Source: an uncultured Rikenellaceae bacterium (GTDB lineage: Bacteria; Bacteroidota; Bacteroidia; Bacteroidales; Rikenellaceae). Taken from it: DNA of 48,306 bases. Position numbers and translations under genes: made by a program. The notes below the pieces were generated by a model. It saw nothing but the letters and a program-made list of their open reading frames with translations. It did not search any database and was not told the DNA's origin. The DNA is taken from NCBI GenBank assembly GCA_947176715.1, contig CAMWRR010000001.1:1-48306 (forward strand), read 5' to 3'. This document shows, piece by piece, positions 18,511-27,819 of the stretch. Each line of letters begins with the position of its first letter. Position 1 is the first letter of the stretch.

Positions 18511-19233
18511 TCAGCAGAAGTCGCCTTTGAGCCACCTTTTGCGTCGTGACGGCTCCATGCGCTCTATGGCGTATCGCAGTGCGGTGCGGGGCATACGGCG
18601 GTAGTGCTCCTCCAAAAAGCGTGTCATGGCCTCCTCGTCTTTTTTGCCCACCTCGCGCAACATCCACCCTATGGCTTTGTGTATCAGGTCGTGTCTGTGG
18701 CCCAAATGCCTCTCCGCGATGCGGAATATATCGTCGAAATCGCCTTTGCGTATGAATGTAAGGCATGTTACTATGGCTATCCTCTCACGCCACAGGTGGC
18801 CGCTCTCCGATAGTTCGTAGAGCACTTCCCGGTCTCTGTTCTCGAGCCACGGAGCCAGTATTTTTGGGGCGGTGAGGTCTACCAGATCCCAGTTGTTTAT
18901 GTGGTCGAGCGAGGCGAGGTATAGCTCTACGGCCGTCTGGCGGCGAGCCTCGTTGCGTCGGCTCTTCTGATAGATGCACACCATCATGAGCAATGCGGCG
19001 AGACGATGCTCGTGTACGGGCGAGGCCGCCAACGCCTTTATGCTCTCTGCGGAGAGCTTGTCGTGATACTCCGTCGCCACCTTGCGTACCGCCGGCACCG
19101 TGACGCCTATGAATATGTCTCCCTCGCCGTACTCTCCCGGTCCCGTCTTGAAAAAACGGCTCAGAATCTTTGCCTTGTCTGCGTCGGCAAACTCGCCGAG
19201 CCTCTCTATGACTGTCTCTTCGGTAGTTTCCAT
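18511..19233 (-). CDS. DNA alkylation repair protein (AlkD-like HEAT-repeat family)
   Basis: 240 aa from METTEETV. The segment ...KILSRFFKTGPGEYGEGDIFIGV...WMLRE is characteristic of the DNA_alkylation family. I used the internal ATG at 19231-19233. Confidence 0.75.
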   Translation of the reverse strand: METTEETVIERLGEFADADKAKILSRFFKTGPGEYGEGDIFIGVTVPAVRKVATEYHDKLSAESIKALAASPVHEHRLAALLMMVCIYQKSRRNEARRQTAVELYLASLDHINNWDLVDLTAPKILAPWLENRDREVLYELSESGHLWRERIAIVTCLTFIRKGDFDDIFRIAERHLGHRHDLIHKAIGWMLREVGKKDEEAMTRFLEEHYRRMPRTALRYAIERMEPSRRKRWLKGDFC

Positions 19234-19316
19234 GCGGCAGCTAAATTTTTTATGGCGATAAAGATAATTAAATATGTATAACGGTGTGCCGTCTTGTCTG
19301 TTTGCGATAAATCGCA

Positions 19317-19324
19317 TATATTTG
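19317..19324 (+). promoter_or_regulatory. Candidate -7 box (TATATTTG) for the lipoprotein gene at 19381
   Basis: TATATTTG lies 56 nt upstream of the ATG. The nearest TTTG (19301-19304) is too close to act as a canonical -33. Confidence 0.45.
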
Positions 19325-19380
19325 CAAAGGTCGCTCCGAAACGGTTAGGGGGCGGGTCGATACTATTTTATTCCGCTTCT

Positions 19381-20670
19381 ATGCGTCTGTTTTTGTTCAT
19401 ATTGTTGTCGGCATTGGTTGCAGGGTGCGACTCTCCGGAGGTGACGCACACATGGTCCACTCTCTACGGCGATAGCGGTCGTAAGGCTGCCGTCAGGGTA
19501 TCGGAGCGTTCGTCGGACCCCGATTGCGAGGTGGTGATGTCGGAATATTGCCAGCAGATAGACGGCTTCGGTTACACGCTCACCTCGCGCGAGGCCAATA
19601 TGTTGGCGCACATGCCCATAGAAGATCAGCATCGCCTCATATACGCCCTGCACGGTGAGGGCGGGGCCGGAGGCGAGATAATACAGCTCGCAGTCAAGGC
19701 GAGCGGCTACGAGCGGTACATGGAGGGCGACATAGACAGCAAGACCGCCGCCCGCTCCATCTATTCCTCCGTGGCCAACGACAGCCTCTCGTTCGTGCCC
19801 TATCTGCGCAACGTGCTCGACTTCACGGGCGACAAACTTATATGGACCATGCCTATGCGCCCCTCGTCGGATATGGTCGTATATCGCGGCGACAGGGAGT
19901 CGATGTCGCTGTATGCGGACTACCTCTATCTCTTTTTGCGCAACATGCTGGATGCCGGCGTGAGGGTCGATATGACGTCGCCGCAGAGCGATCTCGACCT
20001 CATGCGTCAGCCGCTTGTCGACGAACGGAGCGTGACGCGTTTCGTCAGCCGTTATCTCGGCCCCGCCATGAAGGATATAGACGTGCGCGTGTGTCTGGGC
20101 AGCGTGTCGTCGGTATCGTACGACATAGACGAGATTCTCTCCGACGACGATGCACGCAGATATATCTCGTCCGTCTCGTTCTGCGACACGGTAAATTGCC
20201 GTTGGATAGCCGACAAGTGTTACGGTTACGGCATAGGCAAGATAATAGCGGTGCAGGACCGTACCGCCGAGAAGGGTTCATTCAAGACATGGGACCGCAT
20301 TCGCAGGATGATACGCGACGGAGCTACCGGATATGTCTTCTCCGGACTGTGCGACACTACCGATATCCCCTCTACGTTGGTGGTTATAGACCCCGACGGC
20401 CGTGTCGACTATAACAGCGACTATTTCCTTTTCAGACAGCTCAGCCGCAACGTCACCTCCGGAGCCCTCAGGATAAGGACGCGGGGCCGTTTCTCGGACC
20501 TGCTGGCGTTCATGAACAGAGACAATAGCGTGGTGATAGTGGCCGTGAATCGCTCCAAGAGTCCCAAACCCTTGGTAGTCAATGTCAACGACTACTCGCT
20601 GAGGCCCACATTGCCGGCCGAGTCGGTAAGCACGTTCGTGATAAAGGGCGATAACGGATTCATTAAATGA
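19381..20670 (+). CDS. Lipoprotein with possible GH30-like (glucosylceramidase-type) glycoside hydrolase fold
   Basis: Lipobox MRLFLFILLSALVAGC. QQIDGFGYTLT resembles the IDGFG motif near the N-terminus of GH30 enzymes. The family call is tentative and from memory. Confidence 0.4.
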   Translation: MRLFLFILLSALVAGCDSPEVTHTWSTLYGDSGRKAAVRVSERSSDPDCEVVMSEYCQQIDGFGYTLTSREANMLAHMPIEDQHRLIYALHGEGGAGGEIIQLAVKASGYERYMEGDIDSKTAARSIYSSVANDSLSFVPYLRNVLDFTGDKLIWTMPMRPSSDMVVYRGDRESMSLYADYLYLFLRNMLDAGVRVDMTSPQSDLDLMRQPLVDERSVTRFVSRYLGPAMKDIDVRVCLGSVSSVSYDIDEILSDDDARRYISSVSFCDTVNCRWIADKCYGYGIGKIIAVQDRTAEKGSFKTWDRIRRMIRDGATGYVFSGLCDTTDIPSTLVVIDPDGRVDYNSDYFLFRQLSRNVTSGALRIRTRGRFSDLLAFMNRDNSVVIVAVNRSKSPKPLVVNVNDYSLRPTLPAESVSTFVIKGDNGFIK

Positions 20671-20709
20671 CGCAATCGGATAGCGCCGGCCCGTTGGAAA
20701 ATCGGTATT

Positions 20710-20747
20710 AAAAAAATCCTGAACGAAATGTCGCTCAGGATTTTTTT
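20710..20747. terminator. Bidirectional rho-independent terminator (lipoprotein gene on +, tRNA-Arg on -)
   Basis: AAAAAAA-TCCTGA-(12 nt loop)-TCAGGA-TTTTTTT, with symmetric A and T tracts. Sits between convergent transcription units. Confidence 0.8.
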
Positions 20748-20748
20748 G

Positions 20749-20822
20749 TGACACCGACAGGACTCAAACCTGTAACCTTCTGATCCGTAGTCAGATGCTC
20801 TATTCAATTAAGCTACGGTGCC
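20749..20822 (-). tRNA. tRNA-Arg (anticodon ACG)
   Basis: The minus-strand sequence GGCACCG-TA-GCTT-AATTGAATA-GAGC-A-TCTGA-CTACGGA-TCAGA-AGGTT-ACAGG-TTTGAGT-CCTGT-CGGTGTC-A folds as a 74-nt cloverleaf. CCA is not encoded. Confidence 0.9.
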
Positions 20823-20841
20823 TTTGTTTCGATTACGGGTG

Positions 20842-20873
20842 CAAAGATAAGGGTAAATTTTTTCCCGTGCAAA
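20842..20873 (-). promoter_or_regulatory. Bacteroidota-type promoter of tRNA-Arg
   Basis: On the minus strand, TTTG (20873-20870), a 20-nt spacer, then TATCTTTG (20849-20842). It ends 19 nt upstream of the tRNA 5' end. Confidence 0.7.
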
Positions 20874-21018
20874 TATTTTCGATAAATTTTTAACCATAAT
20901 CTCTCGCGCCTCTCTTGCCGTTTGCGGGAGGTCTTGTTTAAAGAGTCTCTTTTTCCGTGTCTTAGCCGAATATGGGCTTGTGTGCGGCACGAAAATCAGA
21001 AAAACCGCAATAATATTC

Positions 21019-22140
21019 TCATTCGGCATCCGACTCCTCATCGGTAGCCGGTTGCGTGTCGCTTGCGGCGGTCGGTCCCGGAATGGGGAAGCGGAACAGA
21101 TAGTCGGGATATTTTATGGAGGAGGCGTATATCTCGCCGTATTTCTCGCTTACGGTGAAGCATGTAAGGGGGCGGTCGCAACGGATTATCCTGATAAGGT
21201 CGCCCTCCCAGTCGAAGATGTGTATCTCCGAGTTTTTCTTGCCTATGTCGGACATGTATCGTCCCCGTTTTTCGTTGAGGCACAGGGCGTATATGTAGTC
21301 GTTGTCGGCGTAACAGTCGGTGTAGTAGACATATTTCCCCCACTCGTTGGAGAACGACATGGTCTCGTAGTTGAGGAACGGGGGTATGTCCACGGCTACG
21401 CTTCTTATGGGGTTGCCGTCGAAATCTACTATCTTCATCTGCTTCTGCAGGTGATAGAAGATAGCCAGCCGTCGTAGGCTGTCGTTTGCGACGAATACCT
21501 TGACACCGGCCTCCAGCCCTTTCGCACGCATCGACGGCGGAAATTCGCCCACACGTGTTATGTGTCCGCTGTTGTTGTCGACGATTAGCGCCTCGCTGTC
21601 GTCGAACGGCGAGCGGACGTCGCTTTTGAACAGCTCAGGTTCGGGCACTATGGCGTAGAGGGAGTCGTTGAGTTGCGTGAAGCCTATGAGGTCTTTGGTG
21701 GGGCCTTCTATGCGTTTGGTCTCCGATATTTCTAGCTCGTCGAAGTGTATCAGTATCTCCTTGAGCGAGCCGTTGTCGAATATCTCGAACCCCTCGTCGC
21801 CGATCCTTACGCTCTCGGCATAGGGCGATACGTGGAGCCCCTCGAGGTTTTGACGTTTGCCGAGAGTGTTGATGAAACGGAGGTTGGGCAGGGTGTATAT
21901 GTTGTAGAACGACTCTCCGTTGTCGTTGAGCAATACCAATACGTCCTTGGAGATGAACAGCCTCAAGGGTATCAATACCTTTTGCGGCTCCTTTATCGTC
22001 TCCGCCTTTATCTGTACGGTGCCCTCGAGAGGTTTCGTCACATGGTAGAAACCTCCGTCGTAGTCGCCCACGACGGTGCCAGAGCACGATGCCGAAAGGG
22101 CTGCCGATATTGCTACGATGGCTTTACGGATGGCTTTCAT
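21019..22140 (-). CDS. BF3164-family / TolB-like 6-bladed beta-propeller lipoprotein
   Basis: Signal peptide and lipobox MKAIRKAIVAISAALSASC. The beta-rich sequence has motifs recalled from Bacteroides 6-bladed propeller lipoproteins, and the protein ends in an acidic tail. I used the internal ATG at 22138-22140. Confidence 0.5.
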   Translation of the reverse strand: MKAIRKAIVAISAALSASCSGTVVGDYDGGFYHVTKPLEGTVQIKAETIKEPQKVLIPLRLFISKDVLVLLNDNGESFYNIYTLPNLRFINTLGKRQNLEGLHVSPYAESVRIGDEGFEIFDNGSLKEILIHFDELEISETKRIEGPTKDLIGFTQLNDSLYAIVPEPELFKSDVRSPFDDSEALIVDNNSGHITRVGEFPPSMRAKGLEAGVKVFVANDSLRRLAIFYHLQKQMKIVDFDGNPIRSVAVDIPPFLNYETMSFSNEWGKYVYYTDCYADNDYIYALCLNEKRGRYMSDIGKKNSEIHIFDWEGDLIRIIRCDRPLTCFTVSEKYGEIYASSIKYPDYLFRFPIPGPTAASDTQPATDEESDAE

Positions 22141-22301
22141 TGTATTTTTTGTTTCAAAAATATGCAAAAAATATTACCTTTACTAATCGTCTCGCCGATA
22201 TGTGTGGCGGCGGGTCGTCGGTAACGCGCCCGCAGACGGACGCACAGGCGGGCGTATCATGGTTTTGCACACGGCGAGGCATCTGATATAAGGTCATATA
22301 T

Positions 22302-25178
22302 ATGGAAAGTTTTATAAGTGAAGTGGTGGCCGACCTTTACCGGCGTTACGGCACCGGCATCTCCGATGTGCGGGTGGTGCTGCCCGGCAAGCGCTCGCGC
22401 CTGTTCTTCGACCGTCAGATAGCCTCGCTCGTAAAGGATGGTCCCGTATGGCAGCCTCTCTATATGTCGATGGACGACATAACGGAAGCCGTAACCGGAT
22501 TGGAGTGTCCGTCGAGGTTGCGGCTTATTACGGAGCTTTTCGTCGTTTACAGCCGTTACCACAAGGAGCCGTTCGATAAATTCTACTTCTGGGGCGATAT
22601 GTTGCTCTCCGATTTCGACGCCGTAGACAACTATATGGTCGATGCCTCGCGTCTGTTTGTCAATGTCACCGATATCAAGGAGATAGAGGCGCGCATCGAT
22701 TATCTGTCGGAGGAGGAGCGGCTTATGGTGGGGCGTTTCTGGCGGTCGGTCATCTCCGGCGCCTCGGAGCAGAAGAGCGCCTTTCTGGAGATGTGGCGCA
22801 CGCTCTACGATATATATGTCCTGTTCAAGGCGCGGTTGCGGGAGGCGGGCATAGGCTATCGCGGCATGATATACCGCGATGCCGCCGAACATCTCAAGGG
22901 GGGCGGTGCGCTTCCGGAGGAGCTCGCCTCGTCGCGGTGGGCCGTAGTGGGGTTCAACGCGCTGTCGGAGGCCGAACGTACGGTGCTCGACACCTTGCGC
23001 CGCGAAGCCTCTGAGGCCCTGTTCTACTGGGATGCCGACAACTACTATCTCGGCGAGGGGCGTCAGGAGGCGGGGGTGTTCATACGTAGCAACATATCGT
23101 CGTTGGGCGACGATTCGTCCGGTTTCGGGCGCGATAACTTCTCGCGGTCCAAAACTATAAACATAGTCAGCTCCCCCTCCGATGCCCTGCAATGCCGGTA
23201 TGTCGGCGCCTTTCTGGAGGAGTGCGTAGCCGATGCCGCGGCCCGTGGGGGTAAGCCGGGCGTGGAGACGGTGGTGGTGCTCACCGACGAGTCGCTTCTG
23301 CTTCCGGTGCTCTATTCGGTGCCGGAGAGTGTGGGCACGCTCAACGTCACGGGCGGCTACCCCCTCGCCGGAACGGCCGTGCACGCCTTGTGCGAGAGGC
23401 TGATAAGCCTACGTGCCAACATGAAGCGGGAGGGCGAAAAGGTGCTCTTCTATCACAAGGATGTCCTCTCGCTCCTTACGCATCCGTATGTCTCCGGCCG
23501 GTTTGACGATGAGGCGCGCGGAGCCGTGGAGCGTCTTGCGGAGGATATAGTCTCCGGCTCTATGGCGTATGTCCCCTCGGAGCTTCCGACCTCCTGTGGC
23601 GATGGGGCGTTGTCGTCGGTGTTCTCGCCCGATTCGGTCTGCGCCGGTATTACGGCCTATCTATCGTCGGTGTTGGAGGCGGTGGCGGGCGTTGCGGACG
23701 ACCCTATCGGCAAGGAGACCGTTTTCCGTGCCCTGGAGGCCGTGTATCAGGTGGAGGAGAGCATAGGGCAGTGCCGCGAGCTTTACGGCGATAGGGTAGA
23801 GGTGGGCGAGGCGGTGGAGCTGTCGTTGCTTCGCCGCCATCTGTCGTCCGTGAAGATAAGTTTCGAGGGCGAGCCGTTGGTGGGGGTTCAGGTGATGGGT
23901 ATCCTCGAGACCCGTAATCTCGACTTCGAGAATGTCCTGATACTGTCCGTAGGCGAGGACGGCTTCCCCGGAGGGCTGTCGGACAGGTCGTATATCCCCG
24001 CTTCGTTGCGCACCGGTTACGGTATGCCCTCGTCGGGCTATAAGGAGGCCATGTATTCCTACTATTTCTATCGTCTGTTGCAGCGTGCGCGACGGGTGGA
24101 TATAGTCTACAACTCCTCCTCCGACGGCATGAGCACCGGGGAGCCGAGCCGTTTCATCCGTCAGTTGGAGATAGAGTCGCCGCACGCCTCCTCCATAAAC
24201 CGCGTAGGCATATCGTTCAACGTGGGCTCCCGCAGTACGAGAGGCGGCGTCAAGCCGAAAGACGAGCGGACAGTGCGCGCGCTCGACGAGTTCGTCTCGG
24301 GGCGCCGCTCCTTCTCGCCATCTTCGCTATATCGTTACATAAAGTGTCCGTACAGCTTCTATCTGCGTTACGTAGAGGGGGTCAAGGCCGTGGACGAGGT
24401 GGACGAACAGATGGAGGACAATGTGCTCGGAACGGTCATGCACGGCGCTCTGCAGGCCATATACTCCGATGCCCTATCCTCGCCCGATTTCGTCGCGGCC
24501 CTGCGCTCTGCGGCGGATGGGGGGATAGCCCGCTATGCCGACGATGCGCTCGGCGAGGTATATAAGGGTAGTGTCGCCGCCCTCTCGGAGACGGTGCGCA
24601 TGAGGATGCGTTTCGTGGAGGGGTATGTAAAGGCGATACTCGATTACGATTTGCGCGTGTTGGAGCGCGACCCCGAGGCCTTTCGTCCCGCAGGCTTCGA
24701 GTGCGATGCGGCCATGAGCCTCCGCCTCGATGACGGTCGCCGCGTGTCGATAACGGGCAAGATAGACCGTGTCGACAGGTTGTGCGACGGCAGGGTGAGG
24801 ATAATAGATTACAAGAGCGGCAAGAAGAACGAGGAGCGCGTAGCCGATGTGGCGGCACTGTTCGAGCGACCGGCCAAGAGGTATCTTCTGCCGCCTTTCC
24901 AGTCGATGTTATATTCGGTGATGCTGCACGAGACATCGGCGGAGAGGGTGACACCCGCATTGTATTACGCCCGTAGCATGAACGACCCATCCTACCGGGC
25001 CGATGTGACCATAGGCGGCCGGACGGTATGCGACATATCCGGATATTGCGACGAATATGTCGCTGAGCTAAAGGCATTGGTGGGCGAGATTCTCGACCCT
25101 GCGGTGCCCTTCTCGCGCTTCGACGACGAGGAGAGCAATGCCTGCAAGAATTGCGATTTCAGAAGGCTGTGTTACTGA
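22302..25178 (+). CDS. AddB-like PD-(D/E)XK nuclease family protein with C-terminal Fe-S cluster nuclease domain
   Basis: 958 aa. The C-terminus has GKIDRVDRL...RIIDYKSGK (RecB-type nuclease motif) and four Cys (YIKCPYSF ... CKNCDFRRLC), typical of AddB/Cas4-type 4Fe-4S nucleases. Confidence 0.8.
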   Translation: MESFISEVVADLYRRYGTGISDVRVVLPGKRSRLFFDRQIASLVKDGPVWQPLYMSMDDITEAVTGLECPSRLRLITELFVVYSRYHKEPFDKFYFWGDMLLSDFDAVDNYMVDASRLFVNVTDIKEIEARIDYLSEEERLMVGRFWRSVISGASEQKSAFLEMWRTLYDIYVLFKARLREAGIGYRGMIYRDAAEHLKGGGALPEELASSRWAVVGFNALSEAERTVLDTLRREASEALFYWDADNYYLGEGRQEAGVFIRSNISSLGDDSSGFGRDNFSRSKTINIVSSPSDALQCRYVGAFLEECVADAAARGGKPGVETVVVLTDESLLLPVLYSVPESVGTLNVTGGYPLAGTAVHALCERLISLRANMKREGEKVLFYHKDVLSLLTHPYVSGRFDDEARGAVERLAEDIVSGSMAYVPSELPTSCGDGALSSVFSPDSVCAGITAYLSSVLEAVAGVADDPIGKETVFRALEAVYQVEESIGQCRELYGDRVEVGEAVELSLLRRHLSSVKISFEGEPLVGVQVMGILETRNLDFENVLILSVGEDGFPGGLSDRSYIPASLRTGYGMPSSGYKEAMYSYYFYRLLQRARRVDIVYNSSSDGMSTGEPSRFIRQLEIESPHASSINRVGISFNVGSRSTRGGVKPKDERTVRALDEFVSGRRSFSPSSLYRYIKCPYSFYLRYVEGVKAVDEVDEQMEDNVLGTVMHGALQAIYSDALSSPDFVAALRSAADGGIARYADDALGEVYKGSVAALSETVRMRMRFVEGYVKAILDYDLRVLERDPEAFRPAGFECDAAMSLRLDDGRRVSITGKIDRVDRLCDGRVRIIDYKSGKKNEERVADVAALFERPAKRYLLPPFQSMLYSVMLHETSAERVTPALYYARSMNDPSYRADVTIGGRTVCDISGYCDEYVAELKALVGEILDPAVPFSRFDDEESNACKNCDFRRLCY

Positions 25179-25211
25179 TGTACGGCCCGCTTCGCTCAGG
25201 CCGGGCAGGCG

Positions 25212-27815
25212 TTACCCCTCTATCTCCACGTGGCTTCCTCCGGTAGGGCCGGGGAGCACCTTTATGCGTACCGCTATACGCTCCGACAGCTCGGGCACGT
25301 GCGATATGACGCCTATCTTGCGCCCGCTCACCTGTAGCCTTTCGAGCGCGTCTATGGCCGTCCTCATGGTGTCGGCGTCGAGCGAGCCGAACCCCTCGTC
25401 TATGAACAGCGACTCCACCTTCATCTCTCCGCCCGAGAGCGACGATAGACCCAGTGCCAGCGAGAGCGACACGAGGAACGATTCGCCGCCCGATAGCGAG
25501 TTGACCGGACGTGTCTGGTCGAGCATGTCGCGGTCTGTCACTTCGAGCAACAGTGTGTCGGGAATCCGTCGCAGACGATAGCGGCTCGTAAGCTCCGACA
25601 GATGTATGTTGCTGAACGACAATAGCGTCTCGAGCGTGTAACCCTGCGCTATAGATTTGAACTTGTCGCCCGTGGCCGACCCGAACAGCTCGTTGAGCCG
25701 CCGCCAGTCCTCCGACACGGCCCGCAACTTTTCCGCCTTTTGCGATGTGGCCTCCATCCTCTCCCTGTTCTGCCTGTCGGTGGTAAGGGCTACGGCTATC
25801 TCGGTACGTCGCCTGTCGAGCGACTGGAAACGCTCCTCCTCCGATTTCAACAGCTCGCCGAGTCTCTCCTCCGTATCTTCGGGGGCGGGGCGCGATGGTG
25901 AGTCGAGATGTTGTGCGAGGGTGCGGTGACGCTCGCTCAGCGTGGCCTGTGCCGAGGTCACGCGCGCTCGCATGGCGTCGAGCTCCATCTTCTCGCGGGC
26001 GAGCCAACGGCTGTCGTGCGAGAGCAGATCGGTAATCTCGCGTTTGGTTATGCCGCGCTCCTCTATCCATGCGCTCACCTGTGCCGACAGGGCGGCGTGA
26101 CGTTTGCCGAGGGTGTCGTGCTCCTGCCGCAGGTGTGAGGCTATCTTGCCTGTGGCCTCCGCCTGACTTTTGAGCGCGGTGTGTCTCTCCTTGGCCTCCC
26201 TTAATGCGTTCTCCGCTTTCGAGCGTGCCGCGGTCATCTCACGCTCCTTGTCGGCGACGCTCGCTCCGTCGAGCATGCCGGCACGTTTGGCAATGAGCTC
26301 TTCGAGCCGGCTGCGGCTTCGGGCAATCTCCTCCTCTTGCGCCGCTATCTCGGCCCTCTGCTCCTCGAGGTGCCTCCTCTCATCGGCCACTAAGTCGTTC
26401 AGCATCTTGTCGCTGTGTCGGTCGCTGTGGTGGGTGTTGCCGCATACGGGACACGGAACCCCCTCGGAGAGAAGCCCCCGCAGAGTGTCGATACCGTCGT
26501 GCAACCCCTCCACCGTCTCGCCGTAACGGGGAGGCAGCGGGGCATTCGTCGTGGTGTCGGCATCCTTTACGGCGAAAGCCTTTATCTTATCGATGGTCTC
26601 GTTAGTGCGTCTCTCCCCGTCGGCGAGCCTCTTTTTGAGCGTTGCGAGCATCGCCGTCTTGCCCTGCAACACCTCGCGCGCTACCTTTATATCGTTGTCG
26701 GCGGTGCGGGCCTCATCTATTTCGGGTTTCAGCCTCTCGCACTCTTTCTCGCGAGCCTCGGACGCTTCGGCGCATCTTCTCTCCTTTTCGGCCGCCGATG
26801 GCATCTCCGCCTCTATATTGCGCATGGCGGTGTCGTTGTCTCTTATCGCCTCCTCGCCTGCGCGGAGCTGTTCGTGTGCCTGACGGAGCATGTTGAACGG
26901 GTCGCGTATCTCCTGCACGCTCTCGATGCGCTCTATGAGGCGATAGCGTTCGGCAGCCCCCGCCACAGCCTCCGTAGCCGTGGTCAGCTCTTTTTGTGCG
27001 TCGGCAATCTCGGCATCGAGACCGCGGCGACGCTCTATCCACCGCAGCTTCTCGGCGGCGAGCGAGCGGTTTTTGTTTATGGCCTCTATGGCGGAGACCG
27101 TCTCCCTCTCCTCGGATGCCAACGCCTCCGACTGTTCGTCGGCAAGGAGCGTTATGTCGCGCATCTGCTCGTCGAGTATGTGCAGCTCCTGCTCGGTGGT
27201 GCGGCAGTGTTGGTATATGGCGGCGGATATGCGCGAGTATATGTCTGTGCCTGTGAGCTTCTCGAGCAGTTCGGCCTTCTCTTTCTGTCCCGCACGCAGG
27301 AATGTGGCGAAGTCGCCCTGCGCCAGCATGACGGCGCGGGTGAACTGGTCGAAGGTAAGCCCTATCAGCTCCGATATGCGGGCGAGTATCTCCCGCTTGC
27401 GCCCCGGCTCGTCACGCTCGTCAGTGAGGTTGCGCAACGTCGTCTCGCTATCGCGCAATGCACCGTCTATGCGTCCGCGGGCCCGTCTGCACGACCAGCG
27501 GGCCCTGTAACGCTCTCCCCCGAGCGAGACGAAGTCGACCTCGGCGTAACAGTCGGCACACCCTTTGCGCATTATCATCCTGCCGTCGCGGAGGCTTATG
27601 CCGTCGTAGACCTTGACATTCTCCCCTATGCGTCCGCGGGGTGTCTGGTCGAACAGGGCCAGACATACGGCGTCGAGTATGGTGGACTTGCCGGAGCCGG
27701 TACGCCCCGTTATGGTGTATATGCCCGCCGAGCGCAACGGCTCCGCGGTGAAGTCTATCTCGAAATCACCCTCCAACGACGCCAAGTTGCGTCCCCTTAT
27801 GACCTCTATCTTCAT
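25212..27815 (-). CDS. sbcC: SbcC-family exonuclease ATPase subunit (Rad50-like)
   Basis: 867 aa with Walker A GRTGSGKST, a long coiled coil carrying a CPVCG zinc hook, the signature motif LSGGESFLVSLSLALGL and Walker B LFIDEGFGSLD. Confidence 0.9.
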   Translation of the reverse strand: MKIEVIRGRNLASLEGDFEIDFTAEPLRSAGIYTITGRTGSGKSTILDAVCLALFDQTPRGRIGENVKVYDGISLRDGRMIMRKGCADCYAEVDFVSLGGERYRARWSCRRARGRIDGALRDSETTLRNLTDERDEPGRKREILARISELIGLTFDQFTRAVMLAQGDFATFLRAGQKEKAELLEKLTGTDIYSRISAAIYQHCRTTEQELHILDEQMRDITLLADEQSEALASEERETVSAIEAINKNRSLAAEKLRWIERRRGLDAEIADAQKELTTATEAVAGAAERYRLIERIESVQEIRDPFNMLRQAHEQLRAGEEAIRDNDTAMRNIEAEMPSAAEKERRCAEASEAREKECERLKPEIDEARTADNDIKVAREVLQGKTAMLATLKKRLADGERRTNETIDKIKAFAVKDADTTTNAPLPPRYGETVEGLHDGIDTLRGLLSEGVPCPVCGNTHHSDRHSDKMLNDLVADERRHLEEQRAEIAAQEEEIARSRSRLEELIAKRAGMLDGASVADKEREMTAARSKAENALREAKERHTALKSQAEATGKIASHLRQEHDTLGKRHAALSAQVSAWIEERGITKREITDLLSHDSRWLAREKMELDAMRARVTSAQATLSERHRTLAQHLDSPSRPAPEDTEERLGELLKSEEERFQSLDRRRTEIAVALTTDRQNRERMEATSQKAEKLRAVSEDWRRLNELFGSATGDKFKSIAQGYTLETLLSFSNIHLSELTSRYRLRRIPDTLLLEVTDRDMLDQTRPVNSLSGGESFLVSLSLALGLSSLSGGEMKVESLFIDEGFGSLDADTMRTAIDALERLQVSGRKIGVISHVPELSERIAVRIKVLPGPTGGSHVEIEG

Positions 27816-27819
27816 GTAG

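Noticed and set aside
17234-18766. 510 aa minus-strand ORF
   Set aside because: It is antisense to the MFS transporter gene. The R/H/G/Q-rich product has no motif or hydrophobic pattern, so it is a shadow ORF.
20823-21018. Search for an NVEALA-type small peptide gene or other small ORF beside the propeller lipoprotein (also 22141-22301)
   Set aside because: The only ORF (20808-21041, 77 aa) overlaps the tRNA-Arg gene and its promoter, and has no NVEALA motif or signal peptide.
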